This document shows positions 26,386 to 39,812 of a DNA stretch of 64,000 nt, one piece after another (within the stretch, counting starts at the first letter, position 1; each line of letters starts with the position of its first letter). The notes beneath the pieces are model-generated. The model worked only from the letters and a program-made list of their open reading frames with translations, was not told where the DNA came from and ran no database searches. The stretch is taken from positions 76,508,001-76,572,000 of the forward strand of contig NC_092353.1 in the NCBI RefSeq assembly GCF_963676685.1. The letters are read 5' to 3'. Source of the stretch: Mytilus edulis (lineage: Eukaryota). A program made the position numbers and the translations under genes.

Positions 26386-26995
26386 AATTTCAAGGACTTT
26401 CCCAAAACGTCAACGCTTACTATTAATCTTCTGTTTGCAGCCAATCGTTCATTATAAAGAACACAAAAATGGAAAGGTTGAATTATTGTGCAATGTATTT
26501 CCATAAATTTAAACAACAGTACAAATACTTCATTTTTTGTACTTAGGGCCAATAGTAACGCAACATCTATATATTTATTTCAGTAGAAAGTCATTCGATG
26601 CTTCGAGATTTTGTATTTTCTTACAACAAAATGAATATCGATCTTTTATATACTTGAATAAAGTTTTATTTTAAGACATTTGTTTGTATACTTTCCTTTA
26701 AAAGAAAATCTTAAATTGCACCGCCCATACTCTAATCTTTAAAATACTTGTCATCAGGTGGAATTCAATTATTATAAGATAACTGATATCAATTGAAAGA
26801 GGAATTTCATATACGTCTTATATGGCCCGCAATTTTTTCCGTAAACATGGAACCAATTTTTGTTGTAAAAATTACGAACCATAGAAAAAATAAAAATTAT
26901 CTTGCAAATAAACTCATATCCTTTGAAACATCTAGTAACAATATATGTGCATTACAGAAGATCATTTAAGCTACTGAAATAACCGAGAATACTCA

Positions 26996-27232
26996 TTATA
27001 TAATATTGAACTGATGGATGTGTCTATTGAAGCTTACAACATTCAGTGTATTAGTATGCAAATAAATTCCGTATGATTCAGAAATTCCATCTTTTACGGT
27101 TAGTAATGTTCTGCCATTTTTACCATCTGACGATATCAACCATGTCAACGCAACACATTTGTTTATATTTTCAATTACGTATACGATGCCGTGTTTATCA
27201 ACAGCTATTCCAGATACGTATACACCATTCAT
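26996..27232 (-). pseudogene. 3'-terminal remnant of a type-A TRIM-like gene (G4)
   Basis: GIAVDKHGIVYVI...SYGIYLHTNTLNVVSF..HQFNII*; downstream flank 26700-26995 resembles the G1 3' flank 5800-6040. Confidence 0.85.
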
Positions 27233-27384
27233 CAGTGATTCATCTAAATGGTGTCATCTTTCAATATATTAAATGATTTACATAGTGATTTATCATTAAT
27301 TTGTTCGTAAACCATATAAACAATTCTATCTTTTTTTGTTTCATAAAGACGACAATTTTTACTTTTTACGATGAACTTGGATAT

Positions 27385-29088
27385 TTATTGTGCCATGTCA
27401 AATATAAGGAGGACCCCAGTGTTGGACACAACATACAGTTTATTATTATGATAATTAATTCCGCCTGAATTTTGAATTCCATCTTTCGCAGTGAGTAATG
27501 TTCTGATATTTTTACCATCTGCCGATATTAACATGACACTTCTGTTTCTATTCGAAATCACGTAAACGATGCCGTCTTGGTCAACAGCTATTCCAGTAGT
27601 ACAACTCAGAATTGTTTCGTTCTTGTATTCCCAACGTTTCTCTCCCTTTACACTGTAGCATTGAACTGTAGAACCTTCACCTGTATAGTAAATGTTCTCT
27701 CCCGAGGTTGTTATATAACTTAAATTGTTATTTATGGTTTCATCTTTCACAATCGTTATTTCTTTATTGTTTGATACGTTAATCGCTTGGATCCCTTTTC
27801 CTATTTCACAGTATAATAGCTGTCCTTGTATGTATGTTATATTGCAACATTTACCTGGTTCGATTGTCTTTGTAACTTGTTTGCTCTTGGTATCTACAAT
27901 GACTATTTTATTGTCAGTGAACGTTGTAACAGCTACTGTTTTGTCATCAATACATGTCACATCAAACGGATGTAGAGGTGAGAGAGGTATTTTAGTGTCT
28001 AAAGTTCCTTCACTTTGTACGATCACTAATCTCTTATTATGATAACAGTCCGCAAATATTATTCTTCCATCAGGAAAGACTGATGATCCTTTTATATATG
28101 TATAAGAACGTCCGACTCGAACCTTGACATCTGTTATCAATAAAGCAGTAATATCATCAATCGATTTACTACGGGGTTGAACTGCCGTAAAAGATTGAGC
28201 CTGTTTCTCATGACCGACGCCAATGACGATTTGCGATTTACTTTTTTCAATTTTTATTGATCCAAAGACAGTTATGTTTGATAGTATGTCTATAATCCTA
28301 TCGTCTATCTGGCATTTCAAACCCAATTGGCTAAATCCATCGTCTTTTGATATGTTTTTCACGTATTTTAACTCCTCAGCGACGTCCTTTTCTAACATTT
28401 TACTACCAATGAAAGCCTGCAGATCGGATCCATGTTGTTTGACGGATATTAGATTTGTCTTCAAAATCTCAATCTCGTTCTTTTTTTCGGATAGGTTATC
28501 AAGAAGGGTTTCAATTTTGAGTTTTAGTTGTGTTTCAATTGAATTCAAGTTGTCTATCATGTGTTTCTCTAATTCATCTAAGCGGGAGTTTATTTTTTGT
28601 CTTGTGTCTTTTATATTATTCATGCTTTTTAGATGCTGTTGCTTTATTTCAACAAGATTGGCTTCTCGGTCCTTTACTACTCTTTCAATGTTTTCCTGAA
28701 TGTCTTTTAGAGACATCTCCAAGCTTTCAAACATGATGGATGATCTTGATGACTTTATGACGTCGTCAGTTAAAAACATTCCAGTGCATTCTTTGTGGTT
28801 TTCGGATATGCAAATTATACAACAAAGTTTGTCATGACCTGGACAAAACATTTGGAATTTTTTGTCGTGCTCTGTACAGTTCTGTTTAATTTTACAAATC
28901 TCAGCCGGAAGTTTTTTGTAGTCATCAATAGAAATAATTTCATGTTGTCTCGAGGCTTTTGACACGCCATGATGATTTTTACATGTTGAACACAGGCCTT
29001 CATCACATTCAGGACACCAGCAATCAGCTCCGTGTGAAGCATGCTGATCATCACAGATACCACACAATATAACATCTGAGGAAGCCAT
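27385..29088 (-). CDS. RING-less TRIM-like B-box/coiled-coil/NHL protein, 567 aa (G5, type D)
   Basis: Uninterrupted ORF with all B-box ligands; CAG acceptor directly before ATG. Confidence 0.92.
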   Translation of the reverse strand: MASSDVILCGICDDQHASHGADCWCPECDEGLCSTCKNHHGVSKASRQHEIISIDDYKKLPAEICKIKQNCTEHDKKFQMFCPGHDKLCCIICISENHKECTGMFLTDDVIKSSRSSIMFESLEMSLKDIQENIERVVKDREANLVEIKQQHLKSMNNIKDTRQKINSRLDELEKHMIDNLNSIETQLKLKIETLLDNLSEKKNEIEILKTNLISVKQHGSDLQAFIGSKMLEKDVAEELKYVKNISKDDGFSQLGLKCQIDDRIIDILSNITVFGSIKIEKSKSQIVIGVGHEKQAQSFTAVQPRSKSIDDITALLITDVKVRVGRSYTYIKGSSVFPDGRIIFADCYHNKRLVIVQSEGTLDTKIPLSPLHPFDVTCIDDKTVAVTTFTDNKIVIVDTKSKQVTKTIEPGKCCNITYIQGQLLYCEIGKGIQAINVSNNKEITIVKDETINNNLSYITTSGENIYYTGEGSTVQCYSVKGEKRWEYKNETILSCTTGIAVDQDGIVYVISNRNRSVMLISADGKNIRTLLTAKDGIQNSGGINYHNNKLYVVSNTGVLLIFDMAQ

Positions 29089-32000
29089 CTGAAATACAGG
29101 TGATAAAATCTGTAAAAAAAAAGAAGCAAAGAAATTTCACAATAATTCATTGATGCGACTTACAGTTGGAAAAATATCACATTTTTAAAAATTGAATTCG
29201 AACCATTGGTCAATAATGTCTTATATTTGTCTTTTTTTTTTCTTTTCTAGGACAGATTGTATAGCATAAATTTCAGTATCGCTTTTATACAAAATAGAGG
29301 TTAATCTTGCTTTAAAACCAAGTTTCATCCACCGTTATCTTCAGGAGATGCATGTCTGTACCAATAGAACAACATGAAAGCATTTTCAAGTCGTTCTATT
29401 GGTTTTTTTGGGGGGGATTTTTTGTTTTTATAGACTTTCTTCCTTAACGTAAAACTTGTGTATACAAACTTTATCGGTTGAACAAGTCAAAGAGATAACT
29501 TATCTAAACCGTTAAGTAATAACATTTAGAATGCTAACGGAGAATGTGTCAAGGTGAAATACCACCATTGATATTCCTCTATAAGTCTTTGTTAAATGTG
29601 CAGAATTTATCTTTGTTTTCAATAAAGAAATACTTGGCATGAGTATAGTTTTATCCTGTCGAGTAATATAGAAAAAAAACTCAATTAACATTTCATCACA
29701 TATAAAAAAAAATCATCATTGGAAGTTAACCTATCAAATTCTCACCTCCGTTTTAATTGTATACAAGCTTTAGTAAGCATGTAACCTCAAGTTTCCAAAA
29801 TATTATACAGAAATCCCAAATACAATAAATATTGTGCTCTTAAATACCCAAGATATATGTTTACGACCAAGAAATGTTTTATTTAAATGAATGTAGGATT
29901 AGTTACCTACAACTGTCGAATTCAAGGGAATATTTTTTTTCGACCTTTTTTTGTATGCAACTGGATGTGACGTACTATGATTTAATTGTATTACACTTTA
30001 ACAAGACAAAAACCAAATCACAGATGAATAACAGCCCATTTATCTGTCAGAACATTACTTTTTTGAAGTTCATTTCAAATATTTTACAAAAAAGCTCATA
30101 ACCTGCATACTGACTCTGTGTATGTATACAGATCAACCCGTGCCAGATAAGATTTATTTTGTTCCTACAGAACTTTTGAGTTTCCCCTCGGGTATCAGTT
30201 GTATTGTTTTTATTGATTGATATAAACAACAGATGAACAATAAATATACAACAATAGTTGATTAGGGAATAAGATTATAACACATTGTCGACTACTCTAC
30301 CCCTGTTTTAGACATATTCACCTTTTATTTTTGTTTTTGTATTACACATCGTTTTCAATATAATGGTATTGTTTGCAGCTGTCATGCAAGTAAGAGTCCG
30401 TATTGAAGACCGTACCTTGACCTATAATGGTTTACTTTTATAATTGTAACATGGATGGAGAGTTGTCTTATTGGCACTCATACCACATCTTCCTTTATCT
30501 TTTCTATATCAAAGAAACGACAGAGGAATGAAGCAGACCATCTAGTTTATGAAGAATCTGAAGTTCACTGAGATATATGTGATGCAAGCAACGCAGTATA
30601 TACATTTTTGTTATCAATGCTCTACAACTAAGTAATTGATTTGACCATCTAAATTTTTGTTACAGCGCATCTGCTTAATTGTTCGTTATCACAAAAGCGT
30701 TTGTTGTACTATAATATATGCTGGTATAGTTTTAATATATAATGCCCATCAGTATCACATTATCATAATTTCAGTTAGTAAAACGTATAATTACAAGATA
30801 ACAAAGTACTTTAAACATAAGGAAACCCACTGTTTAGCATCTGATGTTAATACTACGTTGTATTTCATCATTTGATTTTGCCATTTGATTAGGGACTTTC
30901 CGTTTTGAATTTTCCTCGGAGTTCAGTTTTTTTATAACGTTGTGAGTACAATTACTTGTAGAATATAGAAATTAAGGAAATAAATCATAACAAGCGTTAC
31001 AAACCATAAAAACATAGGTGCAAAATTACCTTTAGTTTGAATCGACAGGCCTTAGAAGTTCCAACCAGCTGATATCAATTAAGTTTTATCAACACATGAT
31101 AACATGAATTATTGGTAGAAATACATGTTGCATATATCATTAAATAAATATTTACACAAACGAGATACAAAATTTTTCGAAAAGGATTTGCACTTTAGTA
31201 TTAAATGAAGATATAAAGATCAACAACCGTACAACAGATCATAGTTATTTAAAGTAGATTTTGTTATTGCTTCACTAATGTTTTAATTGGTCATAATGTG
31301 TAAAATAAGTCGGAAATAAGTAAATTCGTTGTAGTAACTAGCAAAATACCACACCAATATGCATCTTAAGACATCTGGCTTTCGATTCTATAAGTTTGAA
31401 GCTTTGTAACGGTGAAATATACCTGATTTCATCCGCATAACATTTTGGGTGCCATACCAAATCTCTAACTTATTTTCAAATTTACTGAAACAAAGACATG
31501 CAAAAAGGAGAACATCTTACATGTATACGTGAAGACATACTACAATTAAATAATGACGTCTTGTCCACTTGAAATACTATGTAAAGAAAGGAAAGACAGC
31601 ATTTAACCCGTCACGTTAGTGTTGACAATGTTTGTGAAGTAGGCTCTGCTTACCCTTCCGGAACACATGAAATCATCAGCAGTTTTTGATAGGTTCGCGT
31701 TGCTAAGTTTTTAGTTTTTTTGTATGTTTTGTTAAAAGTTGTTTGCCTTGTGGTACTTTTCCTATTTTGCCGCTTCTTTATCAGTTTATTGTCGACCTAT
31801 GAGTTTGAATGTCTTTTTGGTAACTTTAGCCTTTCATTTACTTCTAGGACATGCTTTACAGTCCTGATCTCCATTTATCCAGAACCAATTAATCTATTTA
31901 CAGGAATTACCAAAGAACTGAAAACAGCCTAAGGCCTTAAATGGGTCTTTAACACAGCAAAATAAAATTCTGCACACGGAGGCCGACTTAATCTTGCCTC

Positions 32001-32789
32001 TAAACAAAACTGTGAATGTAACGCTAAACTCCTGTCTTGGGTCTAGCTGAAAAGTGAAGCGGTATTAAACATGTTTCGTGAGATGTCAACCCTAATTAAC
32101 AAACACACAGCAATACGCACAGTTAACCTCAAATTAAAAGAAGTACGAGTCTGATGTCAGACTAGGTAACAAAATAAACAAAGTAGCAAGACAAAGATGT
32201 ATTTCGTTAAATCAAATATGTTTTTAATACACACGATTGAATCGAACAAGTAGAGGTATATAAACACTAAAAGAATGACAAGGAAACGTCACCATCTAAA
32301 TATGGATATTGATAGGAAATGAAAACCATCTCTGTTATTATGAATTTAGGTATATCGCTGTCCGTTTAATATATAGATGTTAAGATCTAGAAATGTGCTT
32401 ATTGTTAGTTTAAGATATTAGTGGTTCACAGTTAGTCCCAATTGGAATTCCGATAACTTTACACTATACGGTATCTCCATAGCGAATAAAAGTGTAATCT
32501 AGTGGATATTCAAGGGCAGTTGACGTATCAAAGCAGTTTCAATTGACATAGTTTTTTTTCGTGAGTTGGTACTAAACAACGAACTGAAAGATTGATGTCA
32601 TCGCATTTGCAAATTAAACAATAACGTTTGTCACAAAGTTGACAAAACAGTTAGAATTTCCTGTTGTGCTCTGTACAACTTTGCTCCTTTTTTTAATTTA
32701 AAAATTTCTATTTTGTTATTCTCACAGGCTATTATAGGCTCAGAAGTCAGTGGTTATCAACTATTCTAAAATCCACGTTGATAAATTCA

Positions 32790-33130
32790 ATCAAATGCTC
32801 CGCTGGGCGCAGCTTGATACAACCGCAGAGGTCGAACTACAGTGTGGGTAAGTATGGACACAACATTCAAGCTTGATACAGCTCTGAATTTGGATTGTGA
32901 TTAAATAGTTGACAAATAATAGGTTTCTGACACAGAATGAATGTGGTCTTAGAGCTTTGAAAATTTAAATTGGACATTTACCTATTACAGTCCCATAACC
33001 AAAATCTAAATACTTGCTTAGATTTCTATTTACTTATACTAAAGTTATTGTGCGAAAACCCAGAAAAATGTTTATATGTGCCCCTTTTTGACCCCTAATT
33101 CCTAAACTGTTTGGTCCTTCCTTTAGTGAT
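32790..33130 (+). repeat. Interspersed repeat fragment (Pearl-like family)
   Basis: GC-richer head GCTCCGCTGGGCGCAGCTTGATAC..., resembles bivalve non-autonomous repeats; absent from the paralogous spacer near 30060. Confidence 0.4.
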
Positions 33131-34103
33131 TATAAACTTTGTATAAAGTTTTATTGATTTTATTGATTATTATTTGAGGTTCATTTCAAATATTTGACAA
33201 AAAAATACTCATAACCTGCATACTGACTCTGAGTATGTATACAGACCAACCCGTTCAAGATAAGGATTGTTTGATACTGCAGAAGTTATCAACATAACCT
33301 TTGAGTTTCCCCTCGAGTATCAGTTTTGTTGTTTTTATTGATATATATATAAACAACAGATGAACCATAAATATACAACAATACATGTAGATGATAAGCG
33401 AAAGAGATTATAACACAATGTCGACTACTCTACCCCTGTTTTTGACAGATTTACCTTTTATGTCTTTTTTTTTTTTACACATCATTGTCAATATAATGGT
33501 ATTGTTTGCAATTGACATGCAAGTGAGAGGTTAACCTAGCTATAAAACCTGGCGGAATCAACTAATTTCTACTTGATAGAATGCATGTACGAAATCAGTA
33601 ATGTGATAGTTCTTATCCATTCTTTTTATGTGTTTGAGCTTTAGATGTTGGCGTTTGCTTTGGGAATTTCCGAGTAGAATTTGCATTGGAGTTTGGTATT
33701 TGTGTTATTTCAATACATTCGGCTGTTCTGAGGAATGACCTAATTTATTTGTTCTGATATCATTAGTTTTATTTGTCACTTTTCTCTGGAAAAATCTATT
33801 GATTTTGTTCTGATTGTTATTTTTCTTCTTACTCTACCATATTTGTGTCTTTAGTCTAATTTTTGTTTCTCAAGATTTCGCTAATATTTTGCATACAATA
33901 TTGACAAGTAATTGCGCTTAACAGGATTGATTCTGTACGGTAAAAGTCTTTATCCAAAGAATAAAAAGATAACGATAAAATTCTTTTTCTGTAAGAGTTG
34001 CATGTCTCTATGGTATCCTCCGCCTCTCTCTCTCTCTCTCTCTCTCATTTGTTTGTTATAAAAAAAAGCGTTTGAGGTACTATAATATATACTGGGATAT
34101 ATA

Positions 34104-35286
34104 CTGAGCGCCAATGAAACCGCAATACTTGCTTTTTCAAAAATAAAATTTATATTAGAAATGATAATCTTTTAAAATAAATAGTTCTTGAAAATTAACA
34201 ATCTTAACAATAAATCGATATCAAACAAAAATGTTTCATTGTCATCTTTCGGGCGCAATAGGTAAACGAAACATCCAATGTCGAATCATCAACTCACAGT
34301 CCTAACAAGAAATGTTACAACCCCGTGGTGCAGCGCAATCTCGACAGCGCCGTGGAATTGATTATCCCCGACGTTTAATGTGATCCCAAGGAATGTTATT
34401 CCACATGTCCCGCAAAAGCAAAGTCAAGCTGACTTTATGATATTGGTGGTTGTTTTCATCGTCTAAACCATGTCAAATCTGGTGCAAAATTTGCTCGATC
34501 GGACCAAAATCCGGCTAAAAGCATGAGTTTTGGCCAAGACGGGTACCAAATGTCTATGTAACCATCACTGACGGTTTTTGGTACATAATAAATAAATTTT
34601 GGTCTACAGAATTCGATGTTTACGCCAGACGGGCGTTTAGATGTCACTAAGAAAAGACTGGTGCTTTTTAACAATTTCTGCGCAAATGGTGATTTTCTGA
34701 AATTGATCCAAAGGTTCTATCGTGGCCACCATTGAACACTCGTGACCTTTGGATCAGAGTCGATATCGGATATGTTAAAGACCAAGTGTAACGGTCTTGC
34801 TGAGCGTTTCTTTCTTTTTGTACCCCGGGCTGTGGCTTATCATTAAATGATCCATTTTGGTTGAATTTATGAATGATTTGGGCTATTGTAGAAGCTACAA
34901 CTTCAGTCTTCTCGTTATTGTATGCTGTGAAATGCTTCATTGGATCATGCCCAAAACTGCATGTCGCTGAATGTCAGAAAGTCCTGGCATTAACTCAGAT
35001 GTTAATTGCAGTTTCTTAACAATAAGGGCGTGAAAATTTATGACATTAGCCAAGCTTTAAATGACAAAATCGTGAAAATGGTGCGTATGTTGAAAAGCGA
35101 TGAACTCGATTTATGTCCGTTCAAAATAACCCTTACTTCGCATTTGTTCCAAAAATCACTCAACCGTTGTCGACAATTGTCTTAAAAGTCATTTTCAACC
35201 AATTATACAAAGTTCTAATATAAATAAAATAAAGATTATAAGATTTTTTTGAAAAACAAAAGTATTGCGTTTTCATTGGCACTCAG
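34104..35286 (-). mobile_element. Tc1/mariner transposon relic
   Basis: TIR CTGAG(C/T)GCCAATGAAA(C/A)CGCAATACTT at both ends, TA flanks; decayed transposase from ATG 34990 (MPGLSDIQRHAVLGM...STIAQIIHKFNQNGSFNDKPQPG..QQDRY; C-terminal MWNNIP..RRCRDC); paralogous site near 30720 is empty. Confidence 0.85.
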
Positions 35287-38120
35287 TATATATATGAAGC
35301 AAAGTTTAATAATATAATGCCCATTATAGTACGGGGACCAAGTGAGGAAAAGTCTCATATTTACCGAGTTTAATTGTCATTCGGACTGCATGGCTGCAAT
35401 CAAAATAATAATAGTTAAAAACCTCACCTTTGTATTTTGATTTTGAAATTTTGGATCTGGTCACTGTAGTTTTAGTTTAACATTATTATAAAAACTAATA
35501 AAACGTAAAATTACGAAATAACAAAGTGCTTAGCTTTAAACACGAACAACAAACAGTTTTGCATCTGATGTTAATACTACGTTAAGTACAAACAATTGGA
35601 TAATATATAAAGAGAAATAATTCATAACAAGCGTTACAAACCATAAATATATAGGTACAACATTACCTTTCAGTTTATAATAACAGATGTTAGAGGTCCC
35701 AAGTTCAATAACCAGCTGATATCAACAAAAATTATCAATGCATGATAACATGCATGATGGGTAGTTATACATGTTGCATATATGATTAAATCAATATTTA
35801 CACAAACGAGATACAAAAAATTGTTGAAAATTATTTGTAATTTAGTTTTTAACGAATCATACAACAAATTATGACAGTTTAAAGTTATTTTTGTATTGCT
35901 TCACTAATGGTGGATCGGAAGGCATAAAAAAGAAATTTCGTGTGAGTCTGAAATAGGTAAAATCGTTCATGTAAATACCATTTCAATTTGCATCTTGATT
36001 TCGATTATATATGTTTGAAGCAAACCCATGATTGCTTTTTGTACGACGACATATAGCTGCTTTCATCCAAGTCACGTTTTGGATACCACATCTTTCTAAT
36101 ATTTACAAAATCATTAAAACAAAGACAGACAGAAGGGGGGCAACTTAAAAATAGACGTGACGACATACTACGATCAAAAGGTGACGTCTTATCCCCCTGA
36201 AATACTATGTTAAGAAAAACAGCTCTGTTTACCATTACGGAGCCCAAGAGATCGTCCTCTGTTCAAGACAAGTGTTCGCCTTGCTAAGTCTTTAGCTCCT
36301 TGTATGTTTTGTTTTGTTTGTTTTGGTATGTTTTTTTTTTTTGTTTTTTTTGTTCTTTTCTTTCTTTTTGGCGTGTCGTTGTCAGTTCATTATCAACATG
36401 TTTGAATGTCACTTTCCTATCTTTACCATCTCTTTTACTTTTAGGAAGTGTTTAATTTTGTTGTTCTTACAGAAACCATTAATTTATTTACAATAAATAA
36501 CAAAATCATGAAGGCTTTTACCTTTTGCAGAACATTAATGAAAAATTTACGACAAACAATTAAGATATTATAAGCAGCCTTATCAGCCGTGACAAATTCA
36601 AATTCATTTGTGAGTTCTTTTAGATTAGGTTTGATACGAAAAAAGGGATATTATGGTTGATACAATATTCTTAAAATAATTCATACGAATATCAACTATG
36701 TTCATTACTTAAACAAAGTCAGTATTGTTTTGTCAGTTTTTTCTCGTTTCATCCATTTCGAGAAGTAAGTATGGCGTGATTCTTAAACGATGTTACGACA
36801 CTCATTCAACATTTTTCATAATACATTTTTCAATATTCTTCGAATATTACTAATGACAAGAAGCTTGCATGTTATAGTCTCGTTTTTTTCTATCTACGAC
36901 CCAAACGATACACTTCGTTTATTTAATTTGAAGACCTGCAACAAATGTCTGAATGGTATCTACGGTTGGCAAAAGGAACAAAATGGTCGTAAGGAATTAA
37001 CATGTTTTTGAAATTCGGTAGCTATTTTGCGTTGGAACATTAAATAATTCATCTACTTTGCTAAAATAAACCAATGCCAGTAACCTCTATTAGTTTAATC
37101 TGTTTCTTGATAAGAAAGAGGATGTTTTTAAATCTACGAAATGAACAGTGAACTACAATCTTATCCTTATTTGTTTAATGTCTAGTTTGAAAACAAGCTA
37201 TCAATATAAGAAGAACTTTTATATTATTCAATGTGAAACTGAAGTAAGTTTCTATTAAAATTCCTAAAAATAGATATTTACAACTAATGATTCATCAAAG
37301 ACATATTGATCAGTGATCAATGTCCTACCATGATATAGATTACCTTATGTATTTGGCAAATCTTTTAGGAATTTTTGGTCCTCAATACTCTTCAACTTTG
37401 TACTTGAGTTTTTTGTAATACAACATTTCAATTCTGGTTCCCATGATTTTTCACTAAAGTAAATATTTCATAATTTGACAGATGTAGCACTACGACCCCT
37501 TCCCTACTTCACATTATACATGTATACAGCTTGTTTGTATGTAATGCATCGACATGAGCAAGTTTTTATTGTATTTGAAAAAAAGTAAAATCACAAACAT
37601 AGTGAACTCTGAGGAAAATTCAAACGGGAAAGTCCCTACTAATCAAATGGCAAAATTAAATGAAAACAACACATCAAACGAATGGACAACAACTGTCATA
37701 TTCCTGACTTTGTACTAGCATTTTCAAATGTAGAAAATGGTGGATTGAACCTGGTTTATAACGCTAAACCTCTCACTTATATGACAGTCGCATCAAATTC
37801 CATTATATTTAAAACAATGCGTGAACAAAACAAACACAACTTCTTTCATCTGTGTGATTTCATTAGACAAACAAAATAATCTCAGTTACATCACTATGTG
37901 CGATAACCAATCTCATATTATGATAACAGTTCGGAAAAAATCATCCTTCCTTCTGAAAAGACAGATAATCTTATACTTTTACATTATTGTGTTTTGCTGC
38001 TCCAATCTTAAAGTTCCTATTTGGTGATCAAGTAATATCAATGATATATTGAAGGGCGGATTGGTGGTGAAGATCTGAGCTGAATACAATTTATACCACT
38101 AAGTTAACTGAAGATACACA

Positions 38121-39812
38121 TTATGCAATATTGAATTGAAGGACTTGTCCAGTGAAACTAACAATATTCAGTTTGTTGGTATGCAAACGAATGCCAAGGG
38201 AAACCGGAATTCCATCTTTCGCAGTGAGTAATGTTCTGCTATTTTTACCATCTGCCGATATCAGCACTACACTTTTATTAGAAATCACGTATACGATGCC
38301 TTGTTGATCAACAGATATTCCAGTTGGATTACTCAGAATTGATTCGTCTTTGTATTCCCAACGTTTTTCTCCCCTTATACTGTAGCATTTTACAGTAGAA
38401 CCACTACCTGTATAGTAAATATTCTCTCCCGAGGTTGTTATATAACTCCAATCAGTCTTTATGGTGTCATCTTCTACTATAGTAATTACTTTATTGTTTG
38501 ATATGTTTATCGCTTGGATCCCTTTTCGTTTTTCACAGTAGAATAGCTGCCCATGTCTGTAAGTTAGACCGCGACATGTGCCTGTTTTAATTGTATTGGT
38601 TACTTGTTTGTTGTTCATGTCTACAATGACTAATTTATCAATTTGTAACGTTGTAACAGCTACTGTTTTGTCATCAATGCATGTCACATCAAACGGTTGT
38701 AGAGGTGAAAGAGGTATTTCACAGTCTAAAGTTCCATCACTATGTACGACCACTAATCTCTTTTTATTGTAGACCGCAATTATCATCCTTCCATCAGGAA
38801 AGACAGATAACCCTGCTATACATGAACTGTATTTTTTTCCTCGAACACTGAATTCTCCTATCAATGAAGCAGTGATATCATCAATCGATTTACTACGGGG
38901 TGGAACAGCCGTAAAAAATTGAGCCTGTTTCTCATGACCGACGCCAATGACGATTGACGATTTACTTTTTTCAATTTTTATTGATCCAAAGCCAGTTATG
39001 TTTGATAGAATGTCTATAATCTTATCGTCTATCTGGCATTTCAAACCCAATTGGCTAAATCCATCATCTTTTGATATGTTTTTTACGTATTTTAACTCCT
39101 CAGCGACGTCCTTTTCTAACATTTTACTACCAATAAAAGCCTGCAGATCGGATCCATGTTGTTTGACGGACACGAGATTTGTCTTCAAAATCTCAATCTC
39201 GTTCTTTTTTTCGGATAGCTTATTAAGAAGGGTGTCAATTTTGAGTTTAAGTTGTGTTTCAGTTGAATTCAAGTTGTCTATCATGTGTTTCTCTAATTCA
39301 TCTAAGCGGGAGTTTATTTTTTGTCTTGAGTCTTTTATATTATTCATGCTTTTTAGATGATGTTGCTTTATTTCAACAAGATTGGCTTCCCGGTCCTTTA
39401 CTACTCTTTCAATGTTTTCCTCAATGTCTTGTAGTGACTTCTCCAAACTGTCAAACAAAGTGGAAGTTCTCGAAGACTTGATGACTTCGTCAATAGGATA
39501 CATTCCGGTGCATTCTTTGTGGTTTTCTGATATGCAAATTAGACAACAAAGTTGATCATGACGTGGGCAAAACATTTGGAATTTCCGGTCATGTTCTCTA
39601 CAATTCTGTTCAACTTTACAAATCTCATCCGGAAGTTTCTTGTAATCGTCGATAGAAATGATCCCATGCTGTCTGGAAGCTTTTGACACGCCATGATGAT
39701 TTTTACACGTCGAGCACAGACCTTCATCACATTCAGGACACCAGTAATCAGCGACGTTTGAAGTATGCTGAGCATCACAGATACCACACAGTATAACATT
39801 CGAGGCAGCCAT
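38121..39812 (-). CDS. RING-less TRIM-like B-box/coiled-coil/NHL protein, 563 aa (G6, type A)
   Basis: True start is MAASNVILCGIC at 39812 after a TTACTTTTTCAG acceptor, as in all paralogs; the extra 71 codons in the ORF track are intron. Confidence 0.92.
   Translation of the reverse strand: MAASNVILCGICDAQHTSNVADYWCPECDEGLCSTCKNHHGVSKASRQHGIISIDDYKKLPDEICKVEQNCREHDRKFQMFCPRHDQLCCLICISENHKECTGMYPIDEVIKSSRTSTLFDSLEKSLQDIEENIERVVKDREANLVEIKQHHLKSMNNIKDSRQKINSRLDELEKHMIDNLNSTETQLKLKIDTLLNKLSEKKNEIEILKTNLVSVKQHGSDLQAFIGSKMLEKDVAEELKYVKNISKDDGFSQLGLKCQIDDKIIDILSNITGFGSIKIEKSKSSIVIGVGHEKQAQFFTAVPPRSKSIDDITASLIGEFSVRGKKYSSCIAGLSVFPDGRMIIAVYNKKRLVVVHSDGTLDCEIPLSPLQPFDVTCIDDKTVAVTTLQIDKLVIVDMNNKQVTNTIKTGTCRGLTYRHGQLFYCEKRKGIQAINISNNKVITIVEDDTIKTDWSYITTSGENIYYTGSGSTVKCYSIRGEKRWEYKDESILSNPTGISVDQQGIVYVISNKSVVLISADGKNSRTLLTAKDGIPVSLGIRLHTNKLNIVSFTGQVLQFNIA

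Noticed and set aside
37335-37410. Fragment resembling a bivalve repeat that, from memory, often carries a hammerhead ribozyme
   Set aside because: No CTGATGA...GAAA core follows; other CTGATGA hits I checked (e.g. ~41695 and ~58440, minus strand) lack stem II plus GAAA
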